A stretch of 64,000 nt of DNA from Tubiluchus corallicola (lineage: Eukaryota > Animalia > Priapulida). The stretch's first letter is position 1; every line of letters begins with the position of its first letter. The translations under genes were made by a program, and so were the position numbers. The notes beneath the pieces were generated by a model that saw only the letters and a list, made by a program, of their open reading frames with translations, was not told where the DNA came from and made no database searches. The DNA lies in contig JAQGDQ010000671.1 of NCBI GenBank assembly GCA_030141605.1, positions 1 through 64,000 on the forward strand. The letters are read 5' to 3'. Below, piece after piece: positions 50,470 through 64,000 of the stretch.

Positions 50470-52794
50470 CATGCTTGATCTGAAAGACTGATATAAGTGA
50501 GTAGACTGAAATAATTTAGCAGAATAAAGCTTATTGAGTTAGATACAGACATGATTTTTATTAACTTAAAAGGCGTCTCGTTTACTGTATCCTAACTATG
50601 TAACGCTTAGTGATGAAGACAAGTCATCCTATATTATGCAGTCACCTGATGTAATGATACAATGTGTTGTAGCTAAAAACTCTCGTATATGCAGGTAAAT
50701 TGTATAAAATGTATCTTGATTGGTCCTGTTGGCCACATATCATATAAAAAAACTAAAACTAATTAATTCAACTAAAAAAAACAATTATACTGTGTCTATT
50801 TTACTGCTAAACAAATTTTAGTTGCAGAAATCTTGTATGACTGGAAAAATAATAATAAACGCTTGCCTTTTGTAGCAGTATATTTCAATATATTCTGCAC
50901 GCCCGCGGGAGAGCTGATAGTGGCAGTTAACGCTAATCGTTTACATTTTAATTCCAACGCATAAAAACTAGACTTATTTTCATAATCAGTTGTGTGCATG
51001 CTTCCGTGTATTTGTGCTCAGGGTCACAAAATTTCAAGTGTGCAATCATTAACTTAATTAATGGCTGACGCATCCCCTTATTTGCATCTACAATCACTGA
51101 TAAAAGCAAATAAAAACTGATTCCTGTACAACTTCTCTACAGATGTTAGAAGCAGTAATAACTACTTTAGGTACAACGATTCCTCAGGTATTTTAACAAT
51201 AGTACAGTCTTCCCCTTAACGCGCAAAGTTGTGCTACTACATCATATTAAATTAGGTGAGAAGTATTGCATTTAATTTTAAGTCGCATAATTTTTAAGCA
51301 CGAAAATCCTAGCTGAGAGTACATGTATGATAAGTAACAAATGTGACTGCACGATTTAATTAGATTAACAGGACATATTTTCTTGAGCGAAAGAATAAGA
51401 ATGAAACGAGTGTCGATAAATACACCAATAACTACAGAACAGCTAGAATTAAATGTGAGCTTGTATGAACTCAATAAATCTGCGTTGAATAAAATGTTCT
51501 TTCTAGTACAATCTATGCTCACCCGATTGCTATTATCTGGTCACATATTGATTGTTAAGCACAATGAATTACACCAGAGAATGTAATATCCGCCAGTGTA
51601 TTATTCCACATAACGGATGCTATATTCTCTGATTACACTAGTCCTTTTACGTTGCTCCACGAGCTACCACGTAATATAACCACAACAACTTGAACAACAA
51701 CACGGGTCTACAGCTAAATAATAAACAAGTGTAATCTATTAATTCACAATACAAAATTAACGACAAAAGAAACAGGATTATCTCTGATTAGTGCACTATG
51801 CAGACTAGTTTATCTATTTTAGAACCGTCCTTCCTTTCTGTGCCCGATGTTACTCAACACCAATAAGTTCCACACTAAATATGAACAAATGTCTGACATT
51901 CCGCCGTGTCCATTAGATAATAGTGTTCCATCAGCAGCAAAACAAGATAGCTGTGTTCCAATAGTTTCACTAACAATTTCACTAAGACGGGTACCACTAC
52001 ACTATCCAGACCATTTCAGGCCTTCATAAGCCACACTTCCAAGGTATGTCAAGTCCAGAACACCAATAACAATAACAAGTCAGCTGCTCGAGGAGACACA
52101 AATACTATCAGCTTAAGGTTTTAGGTAAGGAATGACGCAGGCCTGAGTAAATTCCCAATATATAACACCTAAGGCATGCGCAAAAAGCTTATTATGGCAA
52201 GTATCTGTTAACGTCTCGCGAATATTTAGTTCGATAATTACTAACATATGACATGATACAATAGAAAACGGAAACAAATTGATTACGCAATGCCGAAAGT
52301 ATCTACTTGTTTATCATAGGCAACGGGATTATAAATAAAATAACAGCCATTAATACACAACATTAATCATTAATCCTAAGTTCACAATAAATTCTGCCAT
52401 TAAGTGACTGGGGTTCACTAAGTCACAAAAAATATACCCTTATCATACCTACAACTAAGGTGCCTATAATTAGTCTAAGAATGACTGCAGTGGCTTTACT
52501 TCGAATTTTTCAAGTTTTTCAGTTACAGGTTTGGAATAAAACTGATGCAAGGCTGACATTACCCTGAAGTATAATCACTGATAGTTAAATTAGTGACCGG
52601 TTATGAATTTGGTTGCTCTAACGCGTATTTCTATATGCTTTATTTATGTAAACCATGAGAGTGGCTACCTTATATACATAATTACCACATGTCACAGTTA
52701 TTACTATTTCAGTATAATTACTAACAGAGAGTTTTCTTATATCTCTATATGCTTTATAAGTCTAGTAATCAGACGCGTGCTCCGCATACAGTAT

Positions 52795-55700
52795 TTATTT
52801 TTCAGTAGAATTGAAAGTGGGCACGTAAGGTGCAAATTCAGTTTGTAATTGAATCATCAGCACGAAGTAGGTAACCACGACGCTCGCGATCTGCAAAAGA
52901 GAGAACAGATTATATATGATGCGTAGTAGTATATGTGACTGGTATGAAGTGTAGATTACTGTAAACGTTCTACAGCGTGGTGTGACGTAAAACCAGAAAA
53001 ACATTTTGACGAGATCGTTCATGTTCCTTTTAGGAAAGTTTAAAGCATGTGCCAGAAATTAGCTATTGCTTTCCATCAGTAACAGTTTTGAGAAAAATCT
53101 AAATGTTTCTAAAATTCAAATAGGAATGACAGAAATGATTACTTTGTAGTAAGTCACTGTTATCCAAACAGTGTTAATGTACTAATTCTGTATAATTATG
53201 TGTTATTTTCACGATTAATAGTTCAACAACTCACAAATCAAAAACCATTTAGAAACTACACGAATGTGTAACCGAGGGAAGGAAATGCTCTGACATCTTG
53301 CTAACAATTTTCGATTATTAAATTAACGATGCATGAGCACAACACGACTGAATGACTTCAGGTCGAAATCCGCGAGCGTAATGCTGCAACCATGTTTACC
53401 ATTTTATATATAGTCTTACACCTGACTATATCTGATCTAGTGTGCTTAACTTATACCAATATCTGTAGATTATTGCGCTTAAGTTTGACTAACTAGTGTG
53501 CTCGGTGCCCGTGACTAATTGACACTTTACTGTACGTCGTCTAATGCGGCTTACTCTTGTCTAACCGACTTTTTAGATTAGATTAAATGACTTTGTTTTA
53601 GCATAAAAAGTCGTATGAAAGCATAAAAAAACATTACAGCACACTACAATAAAGTGCTGCAATAAAAGCTACACTAAAATACTACTATTATGCATTATGC
53701 AATACGTACAGTAAATAAACATTGATACCTACCACGTACAATGATTATTATTTGCAAACAGTCTACTGATCCACATCTTAAAATTATGAAGTTTATCATT
53801 CGTACGAAATTGATAATAGTTAGTAGTTTTTTGTTATTCCGAAGTTCTATATTCGTTTTCTAATACTATAACAGGGTTTCCTACATAGATGCGTAAAATG
53901 TGGCAATGATAATTTTGCACACAGGCAGAAGCACCATAATCATATGGTAATTTAAATAGCTTTTTGATTCAGTAACATCTCTATGCACAACGCTATGCGT
54001 CAAATTTCTATTATTATGACTTACAATAGAAATTACAACAGTACTGAACTTTTAAAAAGATGTGTATAACATCGAGGTAATACAACGAGAATTTTCTAAT
54101 GTTCGCATTGTCAGAAAAATCAGAAGAAAATACATGACTTAAATGTTTTTTTGTGAACTAACAGACTGTTACGATTTGAGGATCAAAGCCGTTTGCCTTA
54201 AATTTCACATTTTGGTTCAGTCACGTGCCCTTGAATCATCTCAAATTTACTACTGTATGAGCCGTACCCCAGCTGCAAGTTTCATAACTCTGGTTACTAT
54301 AGTTTTATAGTTACGCATTTTGGTTCCTATGTCAGGCCTTTAAAAATCCCAGCTTTTAAAAAAATCTATACCCATTTACTTTATAATACCTAAATACTTG
54401 TGGATAAAATTTGAACGTTAATAAAGTCCTGGGATGATTTGAATAGCATTAAAAAATTGATCGATGTCCAGTGTCCTTAATCCATTGGCTTAGGTCGCTG
54501 TTAAGCACAACTTTTAAGTGCTACTACCCCAGGATCTAAGTTTCGTGACTCTAGCACTTTGCGAGTTAACATGAATTAAAAAGTGGAAAACTAGATACAT
54601 AAAATTTTAATATGATGATGAAAAATCAGCATATGGACGCTCCTACGTCTGGGACGCTAGCGCTCGCGAATAAAAATATTAACTTTTGATCTTTCTAGTA
54701 AACTGTTCTCCTGTTTGGCACGAATGTTCTGATACAGGCAGTTTGGACACACATAGTTATGTACAATATAAGAGGCCGAACCTAGTATTATTCTCCATTA
54801 TTTTTCTCACAGGCTGAGCGCTTATCAGATTTGATCAACTAGAAATTGACGCTTATCAAAATCAAACAGAATTTTCATTTTTTAGTTAATTTACCGTTAG
54901 GCAAAGCGGTCTGGTGATGACAAAATATCTTGCTGCTGTAAACCCAGATATTCCTGTGGACAATTTCGCTGCAAACAATGATCGTTCAAGTTGTTCAGGT
55001 AGAGACAGATCTCGTAAATCGTACAAATATTCTAATGGTGCATGAATCTTTAAAGAAAAAGAGTTAAATTCGCGTTAGTCCAACCAGAAAAGTAACGATG
55101 TTAATTCTTAATCAAATGCATCGAAAAAGAATTAAACCACAGTACAACTATAGCTAGGTAAGTCACCCACTTCGCTAGTTCGCATTTTGCCAGTGTTACA
55201 TATCGCCAGTGAATCGTACCGATAGTATCGTATTTCTGGTTTAACGATACACTGACGAAGTACTATATTACACTATTTGTAAAAACCAGCCGCGATATGA
55301 TACACTGTCGAAATTATAGATTGTTAGAAAAAATAGGCTGGCGAAATGATAACCGGGTGAAATGATGGCCTCGCAAAATGATACACTGGAGAATTTTGCC
55401 CTGGCGAAGTGACATACAATAACAATACAGGCAGGTATTAGAAGAGTTGATCTTCGAGGGGGTCCCGAAGAGGTTATTGGTTCGAGACCCTGTCGGAAAA
55501 CAATTTTTTTTTGCAATTTTCTTTGGTGGTTCGAGTCACTGCTGAGAAACGAACTTTTCGCTTTTTTGACTTGTTTTATTAGTTGCGAGAAGGAAATTAA
55601 TTTTACCTAGGATAATTAATTTATGTAAATCGAAATTCCATACTTACTCATAATAAAAAGTTAGTTAAAATTACGTAATGATTATCCACTATGAATATTA

Positions 55701-56820
55701 ACATTTAATATCACTTAATATGATGAAAATTGTATACCTTTTCGTGAATAGAGGCTCCGATTCGAGTTATAATCATAAGCATGCTCGACACAATCGATAG
55801 CATCGCCAGAAATGAAACTACAAAAGAATATGGTTGCTTCATCTTCCCTATAATGAACATTATCATGTAGACGTAGCACAAAATACTAACAATGCTAAAG
55901 AAGAACGTGACGAAAAACTGATACGAAAAAGTCTTGTCACCAGCACCTACCAACCGACACAAGGTCTGATGGCGCAGTCTGATGGATTTTATTATATGCC
56001 ATTCGGATTTCGCAGAATTATCCAGTGAACCTATTGTTTCTTCTCTCAGACGTTCTGATTTCAGACGATTTGTGAGGATTTCAAATTCTTTCTCCAATTG
56101 CTGTGCAATTATCCAGAAGAGCGCCACAGAGAGCAAAGCATAGACAACCGGTAAAGAATTGATAAAGACCATAACAACTGCACACGTTCTCGCTATTATT
56201 TCAGAAAACGTCTTAATGGGAAAGGGCCGAGAAAGAAAGAATAATATTTCTTCATTGTCAGTATTAAACAGTATCTGGCTGGCGAATACCATCACCATAA
56301 AAAATCCAATTGCAAGGGCAGCAAAGCAAATAACTCCTTGCAGAGTCTCTTTTTTCGCCTTTTTCCGATCACGCCGTATAACATCAGATACTTTGAAATA
56401 AAGCTCCATGAATTCTATCGTGTTTGGCAAATTCCAAACCCAAATGGTAGTATTCATTGCTCCCATCATTGTAACCGGCATGAAACTGGCAATTGACATT
56501 GAATGCTCAAAACTATAAGTTGTATTCCAGCCATTTATTAATGTCGCCATAAAATGGATGACGGTAATCCAGAGAAAAGCAATAACGAGCAATGAACGCC
56601 CATAAAGCAAACTCACTCTTTTCAACTTCATTTGAAAGACCGTCTCTTTCGCTGTTTTCACTGTAATCGGCCATAGTCCAAAAATTTTTAACAGGAACAG
56701 AACGGGATAAACTGTGTCGATGAAGGCTTCGAAACTCAGGTTTTGCTTTGTTGAGTCACTTTTCTTTTGCATGTTTGAAATGATCATCTCTCGACTTGGC
56801 TTAACCACCGCCGTCCTCAT
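52795..56820 (-). CDS. Gustatory receptor-like (7tm_7 / GRL) chemosensory ion channel 1, 3 exons, about 443 aa
   Basis: Exons 56820-55738, 55047-54895, 52890-52795, both introns phase 0. Seven hydrophobic segments; LKIFGLWP near the N-terminus; IRLRHQTLCRLV...D; GFTAARYFVITRPLCLT|IASVVVTYFVLMIQL (TYxxxxxQ signature). Confidence 0.9.
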
Positions 56821-58050
56821 CGTGACAAGAAAAAAGGTTCCGGTTAAAATGATATTCGGATTTCAAATCCAAGCCGCAAATCAACGATGGCCGAATTCTA
56901 GCTTTTAGTAACCCAACATTCATCTAGGCTCTCTGAGTCAACCGCTAGTAACTATCCCCGAATATAATAGATTTAATTTCGTCACTTAAAAAATCGGACA
57001 GATTGCATTAGTCACATTAAAATTTAATATTTTAAACTTGTAAATCCAATGTTAGCTTTAGGAACTATTTTTTTGAGATTTGAGAGCTCAGGCTGAGACT
57101 CCAAATTCAAGGTTTTAATTTCTTCCTGTGTGTTTTGAAACAAGATTTATTGTGCAAATATGAAACTTTACATTCCAGTGCGCTATAACTTTACGACATT
57201 CGAATTCTAAATCCAGCGCTATAACTACTTAAATTTTCACTCAGTCTGGTCTTTTCTATTCATCAGCTCAAGTAACTATTTTCAATTATACACAGCCGAT
57301 TCCTCAGCATCACTAATGCACACCGCCTTGGCTATTCTTCAGTTGTCTTCTAGATAACGATCCTTCGTGTTGCCTCAGATGGTGGCTAGCAAGCTGTACA
57401 ATTTGGATGAAAGAGTCTCTCCCTGTAAGGCTTTCAGGTAGGCCTATTACTAAACCTGTCACTCTTTATGAGATAACAAATATAATATATTACCTAACAA
57501 ATAGCACGAACGCACTTCGCTTTCAAAATAATGGGCGTTGGTTAAACATCAAAATATGACTCTACGGGCCGGTCTATGCAAATGGAAACGCAAAGATTGT
57601 TATTTAGAAATATGCTGCTTTCATTGTTGAGTAAGCATAATGGGGGTTATTATTATATTGCCTGCAGTTTCATAACTAACTATTCAAATAACGTTCAATT
57701 AGGCAAAGGCCATTAGCAATTAGCAACACATATATTGTTTGACTAAGAAATTTGAGGTGTATTGAAGCACTCCCTGATAAGGTCATGGAAAAAGGCAATT
57801 TTGTTGTCGACGTGACAGTTAATGCCATTTAATGTCTCGTGTTCTAAAAAGATCTAAATTTGGTCTCGCTAAAACGTTGAACATATTATTATGTTGTGAC
57901 CCATTTAATTTTAATTTATTTCGTTCTTGTGTCTTGTAACAGCGTAATAGTGCTTGTCGCTGTATGTTCTACCTTGCTTATTCTTTTTAAAATATTTATA
58001 TTTTGTATTTTTATTTACTGTAATTTTAGTTGTAATGATGATAAATAAAC

Positions 58051-58317
<267 letters not shown>

Positions 58318-58834
58318 TATGCAGAAGCTCTTAGAGAAAAAATAATCTTACTTGTAATATTTTATCACGTACTACAAAAGTTGGCATAGAAACATAATTA
58401 CATGAACAGTTATTTGAAAATAGGCTAATGGCTGAAATATTATAATAGTTTTTCACCGAAAAAGTTTTTCACCGAATTAGCTTTAAGAACGATAAAATCT
58501 ACCGAAGTTGCAGTAGTAAGTGAAGCTTATGTCGCACCACATTACATCACATTTCCTGAATTTTGCTTTTTAACATTAATCCTGTGAAATAGTTTTAAAT
58601 CATCCTGAGCTTCAGTATTATGGATATTAAAGCAGGCAAACAAATGCCATGTTCCAAAATGCAAAATTAACACATTTAAACATTTTATCAAATATTATGG
58701 TACCATCGAATGGAAAACTATCACAAATTCTATAAAATCCCCTGAAACATTTAAAGGTCAAAACGAACAAGTGATTATTTTATATGTTTTTAAGCTACGT
58801 CAACGATAATAACGAAACCAGTTACATCATTTTA

Positions 58835-59440
58835 TCGGGTGGCGCGAGAAAAAACGTCCTGAAGCTTAGACTACACTAATATTAAAAGCAACTGCCCTAC
58901 AAAATAAAATTTCACAGGGTGTTGTTATAATACAATAGGTATGACTATGAAAGTTACAGGTTTATAATTTCAGTGGTTCTTAAGTTATGGCTAAACAAAC
59001 TTTTGCATATTAAAAAATTAAATGCCAGGATAATGGCTGTGATAATCACTAAATGAAAAACAGCCGCGTTGACGCATAAAGCATTCAATACTTGGCAGCA
59101 AAACAATGAAGAAATCAACCAGTTTATATCATGGCCTTCAGTACAGAAAATAAGGCACTGGTAGAGATTTTTTGCCAAGAAAAATGGACAATCCTCTAGA
59201 TTTCGGTGTCTGGAATTCTCTTAAAGAGAAAGTGTACAATGGCCGTTAAAGCCGTTTGATGCAAAGGAACTAAAGGCAAAAATTGTTGAGTGCTTTGACC
59301 AAATACCACATAAGGAAGTGAGAAACTGTGTCAGCTGTTGGAAGAAATGTGCCTTCGTATAGTTTGCAGCGAAATCGGTGAACACATACAACAATTGCTT
59401 TAAATTTTACCATAATCAAATGTTCGGTACATTTTTCGAT
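58835..59440 (+). mobile_element. Internally deleted maT/DD37D-like element, copy B, with transposase C-terminal remnant
   Basis: TA|TCGGGTGGCGCGAGAAAAAACGTCCTGAAGCTTAGACTAC terminus. 59190-59403 translates (with frameshifts) NPLDFGVWNSLKEKVYNGR..KPFDAKELKAKIVECFDQIPHKEVRN..RIVCSEIGEHIQQLL*, which is the SPDLNPLD-type third-Asp region. Confidence 0.75.
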
Positions 59441-60727
59441 ATGATATATTGCAACAATAATATAACTCAAAAATATAAATTAGAACCACTCTGCTACCCA
59501 GGCGGTTATCATCCGATCCGTTCGTGAACCAGGTTATGGATTTCACCTCAACACTTGCACGGGAACATGCAGCAAAACTGCTTTTGCGCAAAATTATTTT
59601 TTTATATTCGTGACGCTTTTAAATCGCACTTTTTAATTACAGTGGCTTGACCCTACAGAAACTAGTCAAGATTCTAGAAGTATGTATATATATAAAATAA
59701 TTTAAACGTATCTTATGCTTCGATTTTTGAGGGGGCAATTCTACTTTATAGGTGTTTAGTTGTGGCGTAGCGCACACGTTCCAGAACTTATGCGTGTGGA
59801 CGACGTTAAACTTGAAATTAGAATTTTCAACTTAAAACTTTCCAAGTTTTTGTGTATCACGCTGAATGTTGTACAGTAACACTGTACTTCCAATTTTCGC
59901 TTTTGCAAACACATGTTTCCACGCTCATGGAATGTTTGTGGTGTTGAAAATTATGTTCACTTGAGACGTCATTACTATCTGGACTCGCCTGTCGTTAATT
60001 AAGTTTCTAACTTAACTACCTGTTATTTAATCATCAAAACGCTTTCGTTTTATTATAGCTATTAACATGCGTACTTTCCTGTTCAAAATAGAACAGGACA
60101 TGAAAAATCATCCTGTTTTTCTTTAAACACGGTGGAACACAAAATTTAAAATTAAAAATTAAATACGAACGCAGGAATTAAACCATTAAATGTAATTTTT
60201 CTTTAAGTATTGATTTGACAATAAGCTACAATGAGTTAAACTACTAACTAAGCCATTTTTATTCCACATGCACACAGGATCAGGTAAAAATGCATAAAGA
60301 TGAAAAACACCAAAAATAGGATACAGCTATACGTAATCACTACGTATGAGACAGTTCGTGTTATAACGCTTTAAGCCATTAATAACACTCAGTTGATGAT
60401 TCACCTCGTATTTTACAGTTTCTCAATCAAAATTCCACTTAATGTAGCCAAAGATATATTTTCTTTAGATGTTTTTGCAAGGATAGTTATGAAATTCGTC
60501 ATTGACAAATGGTCGTAGTGACAGAATGAGACACGGAATAAAAACTGCGAAATATATTTTTGCAAATAAATTGCCGTGAGTTGCGATACATTTCATGTTA
60601 ATCCGGAGCCATTGAAATGTTGCAGGCTGCACTTTTTTGTCTACTATGTTAAAAGAAAATCAAGTTTTTGTCTTTATGCAGTACATAACATTCTTAGTTA
60701 AAGTGAGTACTGAAGCACTCAATCGTG

Positions 60728-61754
60728 TCACCCTATGGTTGTGTTAAAAGGTCCCAGAATACTGGGTGCAAAGTCAACGTGGAACTGAACCATCAACACA
60801 AAGTATGTAGCCACCACGCTCAGAATCTGCAAAGAAAAAAGATTGTTAACTAGATTATCTAGCTCGCAGCAGCAAATACCGCAAAGCATTTTTATCTGTA
60901 TTCGTGTTATTATTACAATGATAAACTGTACTTGGCTGTGCTGTTTTGGTACTCCTCCGTTAACTGTAGCCATTGGTTGCCATTATACCCAGTATAGGCT
61001 CAGCCTTTTGCTACAACTCTATAAGGTAAATAATAGTGAAACACTTATTTGCAAAGATTCCACAAGTTGCTTTTTACGATGCAAGCTTAAATTTCACACC
61101 CCTGCTTCAACTTTCTTACCAAATGATTCAAAATCTACTGGTGATTTTTGTGTGATCATGAAGGACAGCAAAATGCAAGAACGTTATTTTTGCCCAAGAA
61201 TAATCATTTTGCAACAGAAATGGCCTGAAAAGTCTCTAAAATTTGTTTCGATAATAATAAAACATCAGATAGATGTGCAAAGTTTGCACTGTTCCTTGAA
61301 AGGCATTATTGTAGCGGGCATTTACGAAGCGTGCATAGGTGCATGTACTCTTATATACTTCTCAAGTTTCAATATATTTATGTATAATCATGCATATTTT
61401 CAGTTTCTATACCTTTGTGTAGTTATCGTGAACAGTAGGCTCACAGACTATCGATTCATACTTGTTTAATACTGAAAACGGAAAGAAATTCAAAATGTAT
61501 TTCAAAAAGCTACTTACGCATTGCAGTTTCACTTGGAAGAGTACTAGATGCAAGCAAAGAAAGTTTCCGATAGTATACTTACCGTTAGAGACAGTGGTCG
61601 TGATATAGTGAAAAATCTTGCTGCTGTGAAGCCGGTAGTACCAGTTGATAATTTTGAAATGAATATGCATCGTTCGAATTGCTCAGAAAGAGAGAAGTTT
61701 TGTAAATCATGTAGATACTCTAAAGGTGCGTGAATCTATAAAAATCAAAGTATA

Positions 61755-61806
<52 letters not shown>

Positions 61807-63407
61807 GAATATAACGAATGTTAGTTGTAAGAAAATAGGAATATACTAAATCTTGAGTCTTGCATTAAGAGAACTGCAGCGTACAGATCATTCTGGACTG
61901 TTCTGTACGGCAAACCTTATCAATGGCAAATGTAATCCATTTTGAAATCACTTTCAAGACGTCGTTCACATGGCACCCACAAAACGTTTCACCAAACCAT
62001 CTCGAAAGTAGTTAGAAGCCGTTTTCGAACCGTTTTGCACCGAAATCATTTCAGTGTCGTGACGTCAGAAATGCAACGTATTTTCGGTTTGTTTTGAAAC
62101 GGTTTGTCCAGTGATCATGTAAACACAGAAATAGTTTGAGGAAAACGCTTTGAAATCGTTCGAAAAGGGTGTTGTACTTGACGTGTGAAAGGCTCTACTT
62201 CCCAGGTTGGTTTGAAAACGGTATGAGAGGAATCGGTTTTGAGCTGGAGGTGAATTAATACTTAATATCTGAAAATTTTAAAAATTAAAAGTACCTTTTC
62301 ATGAACTGCTGCTCCGCTTTGCGTGATTGCCAAAAGAATGGTCAACAACGCAATCAACATGACAATTGCCATCAAAACAAACGAAAGTACTCTGTCGAAT
62401 TTTCCCATTGCAAAAAGTGCCACATAAATATAGCCAAATGCACTAAGAATGCACAAAATATAGGTTGCAAAGAATCCGTGGGAAATGATGGTATCTGCCA
62501 TGACAACAAGGCGGCACAGTTTTTGATGTTGCAATCGAAGAGCCTTTATACTAAATTGTTCTTCGATTAAGGATCCCACAAAAGAATTCTGCTCTTGTCT
62601 GGATACCTCCTCCTGCAGACATCTTGTGACCAAGTCAAATTCCTTTCCCAGTTGTCTAGTAATGAATTTGAAAACAGTGACCGGCAGGAACACATACGTG
62701 GTAACCAATCCATGGACCATAACCATGATAATAAGACAAAGGCGCGCCGTTGGCCTACTGTAATTATGTATGTCAAAGGGAAATGCTAATAAGAAGGCGA
62801 TATTTTGATCCCCGGTTCCAAATAACATTTGACTTGACAAGCACAAAAAAGTTAAACAGAAGAATATTAACAATGCAAAGCCAAGAACGGCTTGACGGGC
62901 ATCTGCTTTAATTTTGCCTGGCTGGCGTTTTTCAATTTCTGATACCTTGTAGAATAAATCCAGAAATTGGACCACTTTTGATACATTTAGAAAAAGCATT
63001 GTAAAGTTTAATGCTCCCAAGAAAGACGTGGGCAGAAAAGAGGCGAGAGTCAAAAAGTGCTCGAAACGAATGGTGCTGTACCCAAGGATCAACGAGGTAG
63101 CAAAGGCAATACTATCTATCCACACAAATCCAAGAAGAAATACAGAATGTGCAAATCGTAAACTTTTTCTTTTATAGGTCCACGTAAACTCGCAATCAAG
63201 GTCTGTTTTTTCTGCGTATACCGGCCATAACCCAAAAATAATGAGTAATTTTACTATCGGTGCATATATACCATGCAATCCTTTGGTCTTTTTTATTACC
63301 TGCCGACCACCCACTGCATTGTGTTTTCGATTACTGATAACAGATGGTAGGTAAGTGTCTTTATCAAAGGCGGCGTGTTCTTGCTTCATTTTTCTCAGCT
63401 TTAACAT
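60728..63407 (-). CDS. Gustatory receptor-like (7tm_7 / GRL) chemosensory ion channel 2, 3 exons, about 454 aa
   Basis: Exons 63407-62295, 61735-61583, 60826-60728, with phase-0 introns at the same positions as in paralog 1 (HEK|IHAPLEYL; LT|I). LIIFGLWP; LRLQHQKLCRLV..AD; TYFVLMVQF signature. Confidence 0.9.
61756..61803. repeat. (TA)n microsatellite
   Basis: Seen directly, about 20 nt from the GRL2 exon 2 acceptor. Confidence 0.9.
61957..62196. mobile_element. Degenerate palindromic PIF/Harbinger-like MITE
   Basis: GACGTCGTTCACATG...CGTGTGAAAGGCTCT imperfect inverted ends, with internal self-complementary AAACG/CGTTT units. Confidence 0.35.
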
Positions 63408-64000
63408 CAAGCTGTATGCAACAAAAGTAGCATAAAAGTTTTGAAAAGATATCGAAGGCTGGTTTGACCACGAAGTGTATATTTAAACCTTAAACAGTAA
63501 GTTAATTATTCTTTTTCCTGTTGGTTGCATCTGTTGCCGTCATTGAAATTACCTGATAAATCAGTAACACTTCTTCGAATACCTGTCTTCTCTTTTTTTT
63601 CGCTATCGGCACACTGTCAAACAATTTCCGTGTCAAAATGCTTTTACGGATTGCGTTCGCTTTCCCTAATGCGAATAGGCTATGACAAATAACTGCAACG
63701 CACAAACAGTTTTACCACACAAATATTCCCCCACAGTGCATTATATACTTTGCAGCACTATTACTGGCTTTATTTGAGATATTGTTTCTGTAGAAATCGT
63801 ACATAACAGAACAAAAGGAAGAGTCAAATATGTTTGGCAGCCTCATTTGAAAGGTTTGGTAAGCTAATGGATGTTCGGATGTAGCAGCATAGCATTTTAA
63901 GCTTTTGACCTGGTAAATCGAACCTGTCACCCTCATGATGGGCAGATTGAATGAGGAAGATATTTATATTTATAGTAATGTAAAACCATGATGCCGTCAG

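Noticed and set aside
51847-52029. Possible Gypsy integrase C-terminal remnant (LRR...P..F)
   Set aside because: Motif too short; no LTR, PPT or other pol sequence seen.
60843-61469. 208-aa plus-strand ORF inside GRL2 intron 2
   Set aside because: TTG start, no recognisable motif, intron-like composition; treated as a chance ORF.

Overview
AT-rich, intron-rich animal genomic DNA, an invertebrate and probably a protostome (the PI3K C-terminus [22 protein letters not shown] is of the fly Dp110 type). Six protein-coding genes could be assembled by hand from GT-AG exons. (1) A 25-exon class I PI3K catalytic subunit (+, 4789-29679, about 1039 aa) with unusual ATP-pocket and activation-loop substitutions. 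(2) A TMEM276-like membrane protein with a single coding exon (-). (3) A heparan sulfate 3-O-sulfotransferase-like gene with a single coding exon (-) and altered acceptor-binding residues. (4) An SLC17/sialin-like transporter (-). (5-6) Two tandem 3-exon gustatory-receptor-like (7tm_7) ion-channel genes (-). One SLC17 intron holds, on the opposite strand, a frameshifted C-type lectin exon and a 5S rRNA-derived sequence. Mobile DNA includes a decayed CR1/L2-group LINE, hAT, Kolobok and Tc1/mariner MITEs with visible TSDs, two copies of an internally deleted maT-like (DD37D) element, tRNA-SINE remnants, a fossil Penelope-type hammerhead and a 303-bp RTE-like insertion with an 11-bp TSD and a structured 5' end. 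All homology statements come from motif recognition and recalled reference sequences; no searches were run.
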